A stretch of DNA of 64,000 nucleotides from Hormiphora californensis (Eukaryota > Animalia > Ctenophora), in contig CM035351.1 of NCBI GenBank assembly GCA_020137815.1, positions 6,448,001 through 6,512,000 on the forward strand, written 5' to 3'. The first letter of the stretch is position 1, and the number at the start of each line of letters is the position of its first letter. A model generated the notes under the pieces. It saw only the letters and a list, made by a program, of their open reading frames with translations. It was not told where the DNA came from and did not search any database. This document shows positions 51,175 through 64,000 of this stretch, one piece after another. Made by a program: the position numbers and the translations under genes.

Positions 51175-51339
51175 ACTGACCGTAGTCTCTGTGGCTGGAA
51201 CATAAGGGAGGACATGTTTCCGAAGAGCAGGAGTAATAAAGGGTCCTGCGAGGGCGAGTGAAGCAGCTACACAACCTACACATCCTGCTGCAATCCATAG
51301 CTTCCTCCGTTTTCCACCACGTTCTGAGGGTTCAGCCAT
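50537..51339 (-). CDS. FAM173B: FAM173-family (ATPSCKMT/ANTKMT) lysine methyltransferase, 3 exons
   Basis: PFITPALRKHVLPYVPAT, IDLGSGDGRVV, GIELNIWLVLYSR, DLWK|YDLSPYDTVIVFG, SCRFP. Paralogue (A or B) uncertain. Confidence 0.88.
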
Positions 51340-52066
51340 AGAATACGCTATAGAGAAAGGGAGGGATTAGAAACAAAGAGGGACGGGGAGGGGGGACTAC
51401 AGGCTTCTGGGTTCTGGTAAGGGAGGAAGAAAAACGGCATTTATTTTAACAGATTTGCAACAAATCAACAAAAAACTATTCATCGCGGTATTAATATGAT
51501 CAAGTGTACTGTGTCGTGAAATGAAACAATAGCACATATAATATAGGGAGATGGTAGTAGTAGTAGAAAGACAATGAAGACAATAACAGAGCCAACTAAG
51601 TTGTTTAGAAAACACACACAAACTTTGAGCGCTGTACTCTTGAGGAACAAAACAGGTGATTTGTGAACAAATTGTCACCCAAAAACACAAAAGAAAGCTA
51701 TATGACACAGAACACATTTAAGCACACACACACATTGAGAACTACTGAAAAACTGTTTAAAAACCTAAAAACAGATCTCCATTTTTCTCATCTTACCCTC
51801 CCTGTTTCTACATCATACCAAAATATTTTGCTAACAAAGCTACTACGTAAAAAACATGTTACAGTATTTATATAGAGTTGATAATGTATCGGAATGAGCT
51901 CAGTTTTTTCACTAACAACACGTTATATTAATATTGGGATGTGGAAACTTGACACACTCACTCTACAAAACATTTTACACAATCCGTAACCATGGAAACC
52001 AGCGGTTAGTAACCATGGTAACCAGTGGTTACACAAAAAACCAGTCCCATCATGTGACGTCATCGC

Positions 52067-53317
52067 TTACGTCATAGCCCCAAAGACAGCGTTATGGCGG
52101 CAAATACTCGGGCCATACTCGTCATACTGTGCCTTGGTGTGGCATACCTCATAAAACTCGGGTGTGGATGCCAAGAGACTTCCACCAAACCAAACTGCAT
52201 ACCTCTGCATGTGGTGAGACACTACATTCGTTTCAATGGGCTTGGGTTTCAGCTTTCCTCCGCTCAGCCTCTCACTCTCCTGCAGTCGGAGGTTCACTCT
52301 CTTCTTGATATCTCGGCCCAACTTCTTGTTGAAATCTTTGAACATAGTGGATCCTCCGGAGAGGACGATATTCTTGTAGAGACCACGACGGGTATCAATT
52401 GGGCATCCCGAGATGACATCATCAACTACCTCACTAATAGTGGTCCTGTAGTCAGGGTTACAGAACTCAGGATGGAAGAAAATCTCCGGTCCCAGGAACC
52501 TCTCATAGCCCACATCAATATTAAACTTCTGCTTCGTGATATCATTAATTCCCTCGTAGGTTTTGAATTTATCAGGATCTGTATCGTATTTCTTGAACTC
52601 CGCCACGATGTCAGGACACACATAGCAGTACTTTTCCTTAATCGCCTTGGCAGTTTCCAGGCTCTGCTCAGGAGGGATACCCTTCTCTCGGTCTCGCAGT
52701 AGGGTCTGGATGAAGTAGGTGATGTCTCGTCCAGCGATGGGGATGTGCTTGATACAGCTTCCAATAACATACCCATCAACTACTGGGATAACGTGGGTCA
52801 CACCATCCCCACTATCGACCACACAACCCGTCAGGGTACGTTGGCCAATCTCACGGGTTGTCCACGAGGCAGCAATGGCAAGGACAGCCTGGACGGCAAT
52901 GTAGATCCCGGGAACATTGAAACTTTCAAACATGATCTCAGCGGTGTATTCCCTGTTTTCAGGGAGATTCAGAGGTGGCTCAGTCAGCAGGAAATAGTGA
53001 TCCTCAGGCTCCGCTCGGAGGTATTTAAAAATGCATTGTTCCCAATATTTCTCCATCAGATCCCAGTCCTCGACCATTCCATGACGAATGGGGTATTTTA
53101 CGGAGTAGTTAGGTTGAGAGAGGGCCTCATTTCCGATATAGAAATCAAGATCATCCACGCCCCTGGTGCCCCGTCGAGGACCATCACCAATGCCAGCACT
53201 CTCACGGACAGCGATGGCCGAGGGGATGATGAATTGGGGCTCAGAGTTACCCGCTAAACCCATCTTGGTGTACCCAGTTCCATTGTCAATAACGCACGGT
53301 GGCAGCATTCCCGTCAT
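52067..53317 (-). CDS. ACTR3: Actin-related protein 3, intronless CDS
   Basis: [57 protein letters not shown]. Confidence 0.98.
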   Translation of the reverse strand: MTGMLPPCVIDNGTGYTKMGLAGNSEPQFIIPSAIAVRESAGIGDGPRRGTRGVDDLDFYIGNEALSQPNYSVKYPIRHGMVEDWDLMEKYWEQCIFKYLRAEPEDHYFLLTEPPLNLPENREYTAEIMFESFNVPGIYIAVQAVLAIAASWTTREIGQRTLTGCVVDSGDGVTHVIPVVDGYVIGSCIKHIPIAGRDITYFIQTLLRDREKGIPPEQSLETAKAIKEKYCYVCPDIVAEFKKYDTDPDKFKTYEGINDITKQKFNIDVGYERFLGPEIFFHPEFCNPDYRTTISEVVDDVISGCPIDTRRGLYKNIVLSGGSTMFKDFNKKLGRDIKKRVNLRLQESERLSGGKLKPKPIETNVVSHHMQRYAVWFGGSLLASTPEFYEVCHTKAQYDEYGPSICRHNAVFGAMT

Positions 53318-53776
53318 GGTGGCGGTTGTTGCTATAGAAACAGGGAGAAGGGTTAAACTGGGTTGTTGCTATAGAAACAGAGAGAAGGGTTAAAATGTGT
53401 TGTTGCTATAGAAACAGAGAGGGGGTTTATATATCGATAGGAAACAGAGCGAAGGGGGTAACTAAAAGGATATCAGTTTGGGTGTGGTTTCTTGCTAGAT
53501 CGAACGGGAGAGAGGGGTTGTTGTTGGTTAGAATCAGAGATTATGGGATACTACATGCCAGGATCAGTATATAATTCTCTAGAATGAATTATTCTCTAGA
53601 ATGAACTGGAGAAGTCCAGTGACCCAATCTTATCTGATCACCTGGATCTGATAAAAGCAGATCACATATCCCAACTGGCACTTTTAAGCAGGGTGGGGTC
53701 AGAGATAAAACAAACCACGTCACGGATCAAAAACTATGAAATACTTACTGAAATTACAAAAAACTCGACTAACATT

Positions 53777-54608
53777 CTATTCTGAATAAATATTCCGGCT
53801 ACACCCAATATCCTTTAGGGCAGCTTCATCCCAGGGCCCAAATATATTGTCCTTATGGCGCTGTAACCTTACGAAAACAAGGGGTACCAATACCAAGCAC
53901 ACCACCACAATTGCACACAGTGGTAGTACAAACACGGCGCTGACAAGGGCTGCTAAACCCACAGTTGATAAGACAAGGAGTCCTGTTAGAGGGAGTGCAC
54001 GGTCCCTGAACCTGTCCCTAATTATTGGTAGAATCCCGTAAAACAGGATAGCAACAATCATTGTCAGCAGCACACTGTTAACATTATCTAGCCGGGATGC
54101 TAGACACACTGCAGAGAATATAGCCGCGTTTAGAGAGACACAAGTTGACATGTAGTCAGCAGGGAGGGGTGTATAGTTCTGTATTGCAAAGTTAACCAAC
54201 AATCCAACAGTTACCATTGCATAGATAGTATCGTCACTAATCGTCCTGGTAAGAGGACTCAATAATTGGAGCCATGCCAAACAGGAACCCAGAAAGGAGA
54301 GTTACAGTTTTCAGTTGGTGTAGGGAGAACCCCACCACTGCGAGGTAGCTGACTATTGTAACAGCAGTCATTACCAGCAGCACACCATCTGATACGGTGG
54401 GATTGAGAAGGTGAAGTAGGATAAAGGAGGCCGTGCAGCAGAGTTGTTGGAGGGGAAACTGGCCCTGGTAGGAGCACTCTCCCAGGGTGTAGAGACGGAG
54501 GTTCTTGTTACGGCGGAGAGAGGAGAGGAAGAGTTCGGTATCGGTGTGGTTGTCCGGGTAGGGTTGTGGGCGGTAGAGGATCTTTTCAAACTTTACAGTA
54601 CCTGGCAT
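53777..54608 (-). CDS. PIGC: GPI-GlcNAc transferase subunit PIG-C/GPI2; apparent +1 indel at about 54255
   Basis: FEKILYRPQPYPDNHTD, LTRTISDDTIYA, SLNAAIFSAVCLASRL, KDNIFGPWDEA across two overlapping ORFs. Confidence 0.93.
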
Positions 54609-54722
54609 TGCTGTAAAAATAACAGGGGGAGTGTTAACTAAGTGTTAGTACTAAAACAAGAATTAATCGATAAATGATAACAAACAAATTAAAAGTTCAA
54701 TAAATAATAATAATAATTAAAA

Positions 54723-56773
54723 TCATGAAGGCTCAACAAATTTGTTAGCGAAATAGTGCGGTGCAGCCTCTGTCAACCAATTCGATTTAATCACCGTGAT
54801 ATCCTTCATGAAATTCTGCGATGAGGATAACACTTCATTGAAAATCACATACTTAGGTCGCTCTGAAACCATAACACTTCCTGGGTGTATGGCCAGATCG
54901 AAATTGTCTCTGAAAGTTTTATACACCCCTGTGTGATGGTAGTAGGCAGAGTTCAGGTACATGCCCTGCGCCAGGCACTCCCTGATACATTCCTCAGCCC
55001 CTGTAGATGTGATCTCCTCCTCAGTCTGGATGGTACCTCTTGTACAAGTGGGTCAAGTTTAGTTTTAATGTTCTCCGCCTGGTTTAGCACGTGGTAGTTC
55101 AGGAAGTTATCCTTGCACACTTGTTTACTCTTTCTGTTTCGGATGAAGAACTGGTAGGCGTTCAGTAAACTGATCGTGTCACCCTCTCTAGCAGCAAACT
55201 TGAACTTGCACGCTGTGGCACGTGTCTTGTTACCCATGGGCCTCATGAAGACACTCTTTACCTGGAGCATTGCGATAATAGTGAGGATCTCCTCAGTACA
55301 ACCAAACCGCTCACTTTCTAGAAGTGCCACTGTCAGCATGGGGTCTACAGGGAACTCAACCATTATGAATCCCCGGCGGGTCAAATTACACTCGTCATCG
55401 ATGCCACCCAGGGCGTGTAACGTCTCTAATGTCTTACACAAATGAGAGGAGGGAGGAGCGGTAAGGAAGTGAAATTTTACTATGTTAGAAATTCCAATCG
55501 CCTTGAGTTGGAGTATTGTACTAAAGAGATTACTTCTAGTCATTTCAGGAGGCGTTTCCAGGGAGAAATTGTTGAAAGTGTTCTCTGTATACAATCTGAA
55601 CACCTCACCCTGCCCAATGCGGCCAGCACGACCGGCCCGCTGCACTGCCGACGCTTTAGAGATCTTCGATTTGACGATAATTTCCAATCCAGAATGAGCA
55701 TTGTACGTTTTATAACGACCCAAACCACAGTCAATTACATACACAATCCTGGGTATAGTTACAGAACTCTCAGCCAGATTAGTCGAGAATATAACCCTCC
55801 GAGTATTACTGCCCACCTCCCTCGTATCAAACACTTTGATCTGCTCCTCATTTGGCAGGCTGCCATACAATGGGAACACTCGAATGTTCTGTTTGGGTTT
55901 TACCAGTTTCCTCACCCTCTCCTTGGCCGCCTTGATGGCCTCCACCACCTCCTCCTGACTAGTCAGGAACACCAGTACATCTCCCATGGGCTTGTGTTCG
56001 TGTATTGACATTGCCAGATCAACTGCTGCTTTCAGGTAGTCAGGGACAGGACTGACAGCATAGTTCACATTTACAGGATAACTCCGACCCTCAACAGACA
56101 GGATTGCACAATTTAATGTCTTGTCTGCATCACCCGTTACCTTTGTACAAAAGAACCGTTTGATGCTTTCTGCATCTGTAGTTGCGGAGGTTAAAATGAG
56201 CCTCAAATCAGGGCGCTGCTTCAGAATCTTGCGCAGCAGGGCAATCAGTAGATCTGTGTTTACATTCCGTTCATGGACCTCGTCGATGACAATGATAGAG
56301 TACCGGTCCAACAGTGGATCCTGCATTATCTCCCGGAGCAGTGACCCGTCTGTCATGTACACTATCTTGGTGTGATCAGAAGTGTTCCTCTCAAACCTAA
56401 TCTGATAGCCAACATCATTTCCTATATGGGAGTGCATCTCATCTGCAACCCGGGTAGCGAGTGTGACTGTAGAGTTCCGTCTTGGTTGTGTCACCGCGAT
56501 ACGTCTTCCTTCACACGCCCAATTTGATTCGGCCAAATATTGGGGGATCTGAGTACTTTTTCCTGAACCCGTTTCACCTATGACAATCGTGACAGCATTC
56601 TGCTCAACAAGATGAAGAATGTGATTGCGATAAGTGAAAATAGGCAGTTTCTGACGTTGAGCAGTAAGTGATAGATTCTTGTCTTTGTTGAAAATGAAAT
56701 TAGACCTGTCTACTGCAGAACTGAATTCTCGCTGTTTCGACGACGGGGCTTCTCCACCTGGTTTCCAAAACAT
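54723..56773 (-). CDS. DHX35: DEAH-box helicase DHX35; apparent indel(s) at about 55020-55060
   Basis: MFWKPGGE start, GETGSGKSTQIPQY, TQPRR, DEVHER, SAT, QRAGRAGR, HA2, then OB-fold IHPGS...W...APHYF in the next frame. Confidence 0.9.
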
Positions 56774-57208
56774 GATGTGGCTCCTAAAATAATAATAATA
56801 ATATAACATATATACATTTGATATACCCAGAACCTAATGGCTAGTGACTAGTGTTGTATGAACATCTCCCTACCGCGATTGTATTTTACAATACAATAAA
56901 ATACAAAATAAACATTTATAGTCCGCTCTTTAACTGTCCGTTTTACGGTTCAGCACAAGTTGCTGTTGGAAGAAGAAAAATTCATCATTCCATCCTCTTT
57001 CATCCCCAACAGCCCTCGCTCCAAAAGCGGCTAGTGATTTTAGTCACTAAAATCACGTAGGATCTCTATTATAATTTGGAGATGAACGTCGAAGTCGAAG
57101 CCGTTCGTTCAGCGGTATCTAAGCGACAGTGCTCCTTCATTAAAACATTTAATGTGACCAAAGCTGTGAAGCAATGGTGAAATTACGTAACTATGGAAGC
57201 TAAGATGG

Positions 57209-57642
57209 GTGTATCATGAGTGTATCATGAGTGTGTCATGAGTGTATCATGAGCGCTCATGAGACGTTTTTAGGTGTTTCAACGTCTCATGAGCGCTCAT
57301 GAGTGTATCATGAGTGTATCATGAGCGCTCATGAGTGCTCATGAGACCTTGCTCATGAGCGCTCATGAGACATATGTCTCATCCCATCTCTGTTTCAATG
57401 TCTCATGAGCGCTCATGAGACGTTTTGACCTACATGTGCTCATGAGTGTATTATGAGAAATGTCTCATGAGACGTTAGGGTTAGGGTTGGGTTTACGGTT
57501 GGGCTAGGGTTAGGGTTATCCTTTAGGTCTAGGGACCCGTAGGGATAGGGTTATGGTTGACCCATAGGCTTGGACCTAGCCCTACCCTCTACGGGTCCCT
57601 AGACCTAAAGGAAAGCCCTAACCCTAACGTCTCATGAGACAT
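57209..57642. mobile_element. Truncated copy of the tcatgag-repeat palindromic MITE
   Basis: Matches the interior of 59875-60752 but lacks the termini. Confidence 0.8.
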
Positions 57643-58820
57643 ATCGCGAAGCCCCCAGAAAATTTTGACGTTTTTACGATGATTTTGACAGTTAAAAAGC
57701 GCTTGAAAGGTGGAAACCAAAAAGCGACACATAAGTTGGCATACGTTGCAGCCCCCTTATAATATAATATAAGGGGCCTGGAGGGAATACCGCGCTAGGG
57801 GGGAATACATAATCAATCATATCTCCGGTTCCAGATAAGGTACAGAAATCGTTTTGGTAGCGTTGGAAAGAGGAAGATAACAGCTTTCAAATGCAACCGG
57901 TTTCAGGTCTCTATCTTATCAGGAACAGGAGATATGAACCAAACTCCGCAAAATCGAGTGCGGTAAAATCAAAATTTGAATGAAATTTTTAAAAAGGTGT
58001 CCCTGCAAGAATCTGTGACGTCACTTTTTGAAAACAACCCATCTTTCAACGGCTATTGCTCAGCCTCCTTAAGTCCAATTAACTTCTCTCAAAAACAGCA
58101 AGGTAGATAATCGTCAGATCTAACAACTGGTGAAAGAATCAAGTCAAACGGACTTCAGGAGCCAAAGTTATAAGCACCGCCGTTTTTTCGACCGCAAAGT
58201 TATCTTCGACCCAGCCGGGATCAGGCCAAACGCGCGCGCGGCATTCCCTCCAGTCCCCTCGTTGCGGGGGTGCGCGCATGAGGGGGCTGCAGCGCATTCC
58301 AAACACATAAGAAGACGAAACGTGAAAACAAGTCTTTGCTTTGGTCATGAACTTGAACAACGCGCACGGCGCAAAATTGAAAGACTATTGCGCGGTTGTT
58401 GTTTAGCGCGTGAACTGCGCGTCACAATCTCGCGCGAAGACTCCTGTTTCAAGTAAAAAGGAGGACCGCGCCTGCACGGATTTACAGTGAACAGCGGGCC
58501 GATGTGACAACATTTCACTTCTCGTTCTTTACTTGTTGTGATGTTGTTTGTCTTGCCTTGTTTGACCCTGTATCCCCACGCCATCTCGGTCACGCTATAA
58601 TTGTTTCTATTGACAATGAGTCATGAACAGCAATCCGATGAGTCATGAACCAATAATTATATAACACATTGTGCTGTCTGTTCAAGAGATTTTATTGAAT
58701 TAGTTATCAACTTTTAACAACCCGACACCCGTTAACCAATCAAAGAAAATAATTCCCCAACTAATCTGCTTCAGTAGCTACGACTTGATATGTATCTCCA
58801 TTCTCCGTTCTCTTATCCAG

Positions 58821-59234
58821 AAAAATGGCCCACAAGCTGTTCCCGACTTCACCGTTTGCTCATCAATAGATGGCAAGATTGAAGATTGGGGAACCTTTGA
58901 TCCGAAATCCGCTGCTGCAATTAATCCTACGGTAGCTCTCACAACAGACAAATTGTTTCAAGGTGCAGTTGAAGCTAAAAAACTAACATACTATCAACTG
59001 CGGTAGTTCATAATTATACATTTACACCCAATAACTGTCCCCCAAAGTTTTACTAAATCCTATTCTAATTCAGGTAAACATTGCGACGCCTGTTATATAC
59101 TGGAATATTTTGCCGTGTGTGATGCCAAGATCAATGATCATGAAGGCCTAAACCTGTCTAACAAGATAAAGAACGGAAACAAAGAGAAGCACGTTTATTT
59201 CTCTTTGTTATCCGGTTCTCGGGATCCCGATTGA
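58821..59234 (+). CDS. Possible exons of an unknown gene
   Basis: Two stop-free, coding-looking segments bounded by AG/GT (about 58821-59002 and 59074-59234); phases do not join cleanly. Confidence 0.25.
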
Positions 59235-59394
59235 GCACTGTTGGTGGAACGTGAACAAGTCCTCCCCCCATATCTCTGTATACTTCCTAGCAGTCCATCA
59301 CTTCTGACTTTAACTGAATAAGAACACTTGGCTGTGTCTCGATGAGGTGTTTTAAAGAATGATCTTGTTTTCAAATGTAATGAATTGTTTCATG

Positions 59395-61290
59395 TTGGTT
59401 GTTGGTAGTATGGACGTTTTGTTGGTTTTGTTTGTTGGTTTTGTTGGTTTGTTGGTTTTGTTTGTTATTTTTGTTGGTTTTGTTTGTTGGTTTTGTTAGT
59501 TTAGTTAGTTTCTTGGTTTTGTTTGTTAATTTTGTTGGTTTTATTGGCTTTGTTGGTGAATTTTGTTGGTTTTGTTTGTTGGCAAAGGACTAACAAATCA
59601 CAACACAACCAACAAATCTCAACACAACCAACAAATCTCAACAAAACAACAAATCTCAACAAACTAACAAATCTCAACACAACCAACAAATCTCAACAAA
59701 ACAACAAATCTCAACAAACTAATAAATCTCAACACAACCAACAAATCTCAACAAAACAACAAATCTCAACAAACTAACAAATCTCAACTCAACCAACAAA
59801 TCTCAACTCAACAACAAATCTCAACAAACTAACAAATCTCAACACAACGAACAAATGTCAACAAAACAACAAATGGTAAGTCGGAAGAACCTGTCCGTTC
59901 CTCTCATGAGCGCTCATGAGTGTATCATGAGTGTGTCATGAGTGTATCATGAGTGTATCATGAGCGCTCATGAGACGTTTTTAGGTGTTTCAACGTCTCA
60001 TGAGCGCTCATGAGTGTATCATGAGTGTGTCATGAGTGTATCATGAGCGCTCATGAGTGCTCATGAGACCTTGCTCATGAGCGCTCATGAGACATATGTC
60101 TCATCCCATCTCTGTTTCAATGTCTCATGAGCGCTCATGAGACGTTTTGACCTACATGTGCTCATGAGTGTATCATGAGACATGTCTCATGAGACATATG
60201 TCTCATGAGACGTTAGGGTTATGGTTATGGTTGGGTTTACGGGTTGGGCTAGGGTTAGGGCTTATCCTTTAGGTCTAGGGACCCGTAGAGGGTAGGGCTA
60301 GGGTGACCCATAGGCCTATGGGTCAACCCTAACCCTATCCCTACGGGTCCCTAGACCTAAAGGAAAGCCCTAACCCTAGCCCAACCCTAAACCCAACCAT
60401 AACCCTAACCCTAACGTCTCATGAGACATATGTCTCATGAGACATGTCTCATGATACACTCATGAGCACATGTAGGTCAAAACGTCTCATGAGCGCTCAT
60501 GAGACATTGAAACAGAGATGGGATGAGACATATGTCTCATGAGCGCTCATGAGCAAGGTCTCATGAGCACTCATGAGCGCTCATGATACACTCATGACAC
60601 ACTCATGATACACTCATGAGCGCTCATGAGACGTTGAAACACCTAAAAACGTCTCATGAGCGCTCATGATACACTCATGATACACTCATGACACACTCAT
60701 GATACACTCATGAGCGCTCATGAGAGGAACGGACAGGTTCTTCCGACTTACCCAACAAATCTCAACAAAACAACAAATCTCAACAAACTAACAAATCTCA
60801 CCACAACCAACATATCTCAACACAACCAACAAATCTCAACAAACCAACAAATCTCGACACAAGTCACAACCAACAAATCTCAACAAACTGAGAAATCTCA
60901 ACACAACCAACAAATCTCAACAAAACAAAAAATCTCAACAAACAACAAATATCAACAAACTAACAAATCTCAACTCAACCAACAAATATCAACAAAACAA
61001 CAAAACAACAAATCTCAACAAAACAACAAATCTCAACAAACCAACAAATCTCAATGAAGTTTTGTTGAGATTTGTTGTTTTGCTGAGATTTGTTGTTTTG
61101 TTGAGATTTGTTGATTTTTTGTGATTTTTTGGTTTGTTGAGATTTGTTTTGTTGAAATTTATTATTTTGTCGAGATTTGTTGTGATTTTTTTTGTTGAGA
61201 TTTGTTGATTTGTTGAGATTTGTTGTTTTTTGTGATTTTTTGGTTCGTTAAGATTTGTTTTGTTGAGATCTGTTGGTTGTGTCGAGATTT
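59395..61290. repeat. Degenerate aacaaatctcaacaaa(c) minisatellite (about 19 bp) in both orientations
   Basis: Visible at 59593-59874 and 60753-61053, inverted at 61058-61290 and more loosely at 59395-59582. Confidence 0.9.
59875..60752. mobile_element. 878-bp near-perfect palindromic MITE, GGTAA termini, 8-bp TSD (Merlin-like)
   Basis: ggtaagtcggaagaacctgtccg ... cggacaggttcttccgacttacc; caacaaat on both sides; centre near 60314. Confidence 0.85.
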
Positions 61291-61291
61291 G

Positions 61292-61714
61292 GGTAAGTCG
61301 GAAGAACCTGTCCGTTCCTCTCATGAGCGCTCATGAGTGTATCATGAGTTTGTCATGAGTGTATCATGAGTGTATCATGAGCGCTCATGAGACGTTTTTA
61401 GGTGTTTCAACGTCTCATGAGCGCTCATGAGTGTATCATGAGTGTGTCATGAGTGTCTCATGAGCGCTCATGAGTGCTCATGAGACCTTGCTCATGAGCG
61501 CTCATGAGACATATGTCTCATCCCATCTCTGTTTCAATGTCTCATGAGCGCTCATGAGACGTTTTGACCTACATGTGCTCATGAGTGTATCATGAGACAT
61601 GTCTCATGAGACATATGTCTCATGAGACGTTAGGGTTAGGGTTAGGGTTGGGTTTACGGTTGGGCTAGGGTTAGGGTTATCCTTTAGGGTCCCTAGGCTT
61701 GGTTAGTTACCAAG
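61292..61714. mobile_element. Left arm of another copy of the same MITE, running into the assembly gap
   Basis: Same terminus and arm as 59875-60270. Confidence 0.85.
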
Positions 61715-61814
61715 NNNNNNNNNNNNNNNNNNNNNNNNNNNNNNNNNNNNNNNNNNNNNNNNNNNNNNNNNNNNNNNNNNNNNNNNNNNNNNNNNNNNNN
61801 NNNNNNNNNNNNNN
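61715..61814. other. Assembly gap (100 N)
   Basis: Run of N. Confidence 1.
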
Positions 61815-61831
61815 CACTAAATGGCCACTTA

Positions 61832-62560
61832 GAATCCCGTCTCAAATACCCATTTCTAGGCACACATGACTCCCAGTTCCCACTGAACTGTCTCTCGGGT
61901 CCTGGGCTAGTCTCATCACTAAATTACAGCTACATTCCTTGGCCATATCGACCAAAACTTTGGATTTCGCATTTAATTCAATTTGGGAACCTTTGTACTT
62001 TGCCATTACGGTGTTTTTGAATAACGGATCACTAACAAGTAACAGAGCAATTTCTATTCATTACTCGTTCGTTACGTGCAGTTCGTTTCACTTTGCTTGT
62101 CTCAACACCATATGGCTCTTCCTTCCTAAATGCAACTTAATCCGTCTCCAAATACCCATTTCTAGCACCATGACTCCCAGTTTACAACGGAACTGTCTCT
62201 CCGGCCTGGCCTAGTCTCATCACTACATTACAGCTAAAAAACCAAATTTCTTGGCCATATCGACCAACTTTGGAATTTTCGCATTTAATTCATTTGGGAA
62301 CTTTGTACTTTGCCTACAGTGTTTGATAAAGAGCACGAACAATCACAGAGCAGAATTTATTCAATTACTCGTTCGTTACGTGCGTTCGTTTCACTTTGCT
62401 TTCTCAGACACCAATAAGGGCTCTTCCTCTCACTAAAATGCAACTTAAATCCGTCTCAAATACCCATTTCTAGCACACATGAACTCCCAGTTACCACTGA
62501 ACTGTCTCTCGGGCCTGGCCTAGTCTCATCACTAAATTACAGCTACATTCTTGGCCAATA
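61832..62560. repeat. Tandem repeat of about 308 bp, about 2.4 noisy copies
   Basis: aatccgtctcaaatacccatttctagc recurs at about 61832, 62139 and 62448. Confidence 0.85.
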
Positions 62561-63403
62561 TTACCCACCGCCCCACCCCCCCCCGCCCTCCCCCACCCAC
62601 CTCTCCCAATATAGCGGACATTGCTATACCACCACACTACAGAGACAATCCTTGTGTTTTGGTGCACTAAGTCGCTTATCGCGTGTAACAACTAACAAAT
62701 GTTCTTATCTGTCCCATCCGCATAGTATTCTAGAACATTTACAGAATTGGTGCTACATTCAGTCCTACCCTTATCTGTTGTTCAATCGTTTTGTTTATCT
62801 TCATCTCCGATCCACTGGAAATGCATTACCTCATCTCATCATCAACAACATCACGGTACCAATCATCCATCAAAATTCTGTAAGTTCACCTGTCCGTATT
62901 GTCTGTTCACAGATTGTGTAAAGTTTATATTGTGAATGTAATTTACTATTCAAACGCGGTAAACATCGGGTTCCAGACCCAAACTCAAGAAATTCTCAAA
63001 GGCAAAACGTTACCTGGTTCCAGACAACTAAACTCAAGACACTCTCAAAGGCAAAACGTTACCTTGATCCAGACTAAACCAAACTCAACTCTCTCAAAGG
63101 CAAAACGTTACCTTGTTCCAGACTCAGAAGCTGACAGGACATAAACTTGCGTGAGAGTGCCCGAATACAGACCACAAACAGTTAGAATATCAGAGAAATT
63201 TTGTTTGATTTGGTGTAATTTGAGCGTGATATTTAGCTACTATCTTTCATACAGACCACAGACTTTATGACAGGTTGCAACACCGTTCTGTCGTGCGGCA
63301 GAGTTTGGTACGCTATAACCTAGAGCCACACACACACACACACACTGAAATTCACTTAATTCCATTTGCACGTGCTAAATTCTGTTCCTGACAATCTTAA
63401 GAC

Positions 63404-64000
63404 GGTAAGTCGGAAGAACGTGTCCGTTTGTCTCATGAGGCCTCATGAGGCCTCATGAGGCACTCATGAGGCGCCTCATGAGGCCTCATGAGACATTTTC
63501 AGCTGTTTCAGTGCCTCATGAGGCCTCATGAGGCACTGCTCATGAGGCCTCATGAGACATGTGCCTCATCCCAACTTTGTTTGATGTCTCATGAGCCTCA
63601 TGAGCAGTTTTGACATGAGGCATGTCTCATGAGCCTCATGAGGCATGTCCATGATACTTAGAGTTAGTATAGCTATAGGATTAGGGTTAGGGTTAGAGTT
63701 AGACCAGGTTTCGGTTCCAGTTAGAGTACGAACCTAACCACTAAGCCCTAACCACTAAGCCTAGGGGTTAACCCACCAATAGCTAGGCCTGAAGTCTATC
63801 CTAAACCCTAACACTAACCCTAACCTAATCCTATAACAACCGAAAGTTAGGGTTAGGATTAGTGTTTGGGTTAAGGATTAGCGGTAAGTCGGAAGAACGT
63901 GTCCGTTTGTCTCATGAGGCCTCATGAGGCGCCTCATGAGACCTCATGAGGCACTCATGAGGCGCCTCATGAGGCCTCATGAACATTTTCAGCTGTTTTA
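63404..64000. mobile_element. Two left arms of a sister MITE subfamily (cctcatgagg subrepeats), starting at 63404 and 63883
   Basis: Same GGTAAGTCGGAAGAAC terminus, diverged subrepeat, TTAGGG-like interior. Confidence 0.75.

Noticed and set aside
54237-54280. Programmed frameshifting in PIGC, CCDC124, FIP1L1 or DHX35
   Set aside because: No shared slippery heptamer or stimulatory structure; same +1 error pattern throughout the window.

Overview
Eukaryotic (compact animal) genomic DNA with short GT-AG introns. It is plausibly from a ctenophore, but that is an inference from gene compactness, a nested gene and a spliced-leader-like sequence. Recognisable genes: alpha-tubulin, a 17-exon secreted papain-like pseudo-protease with EGF and ShK-like modules, PPTC7, a telobox Myb (TRF-like) gene, SMCO4, TMEM258 (with a same-strand nested gene in its intron), and a tight minus-strand run DHX35-PIGC-ARP3-FAM173-FIP1L1-CCDC124-DDX5/17-like. 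Most start codons have a pyrimidine tract plus AG just upstream, which suggests SL trans-splicing and possibly operons. The most striking object is a 1.27-kb retroposed insert (about 25488-26760, minus strand). It carries a spliced-leader-like 5' end, a single LINE ORF1, an L2-like 3' tail with (GAT)n, and no reverse transcriptase. Also present: a 2.8-kb tandem duplication with one breakpoint at a Tc1/mariner-type end, several MITE/foldback elements, satellites, a low-quality homopolymer-inflated segment (about 31.7-38.1 kb), a 100-N gap, and recurrent +1 homopolymer frameshifts that look like sequencing errors. Exon boundaries were read by eye and no database searches were run.
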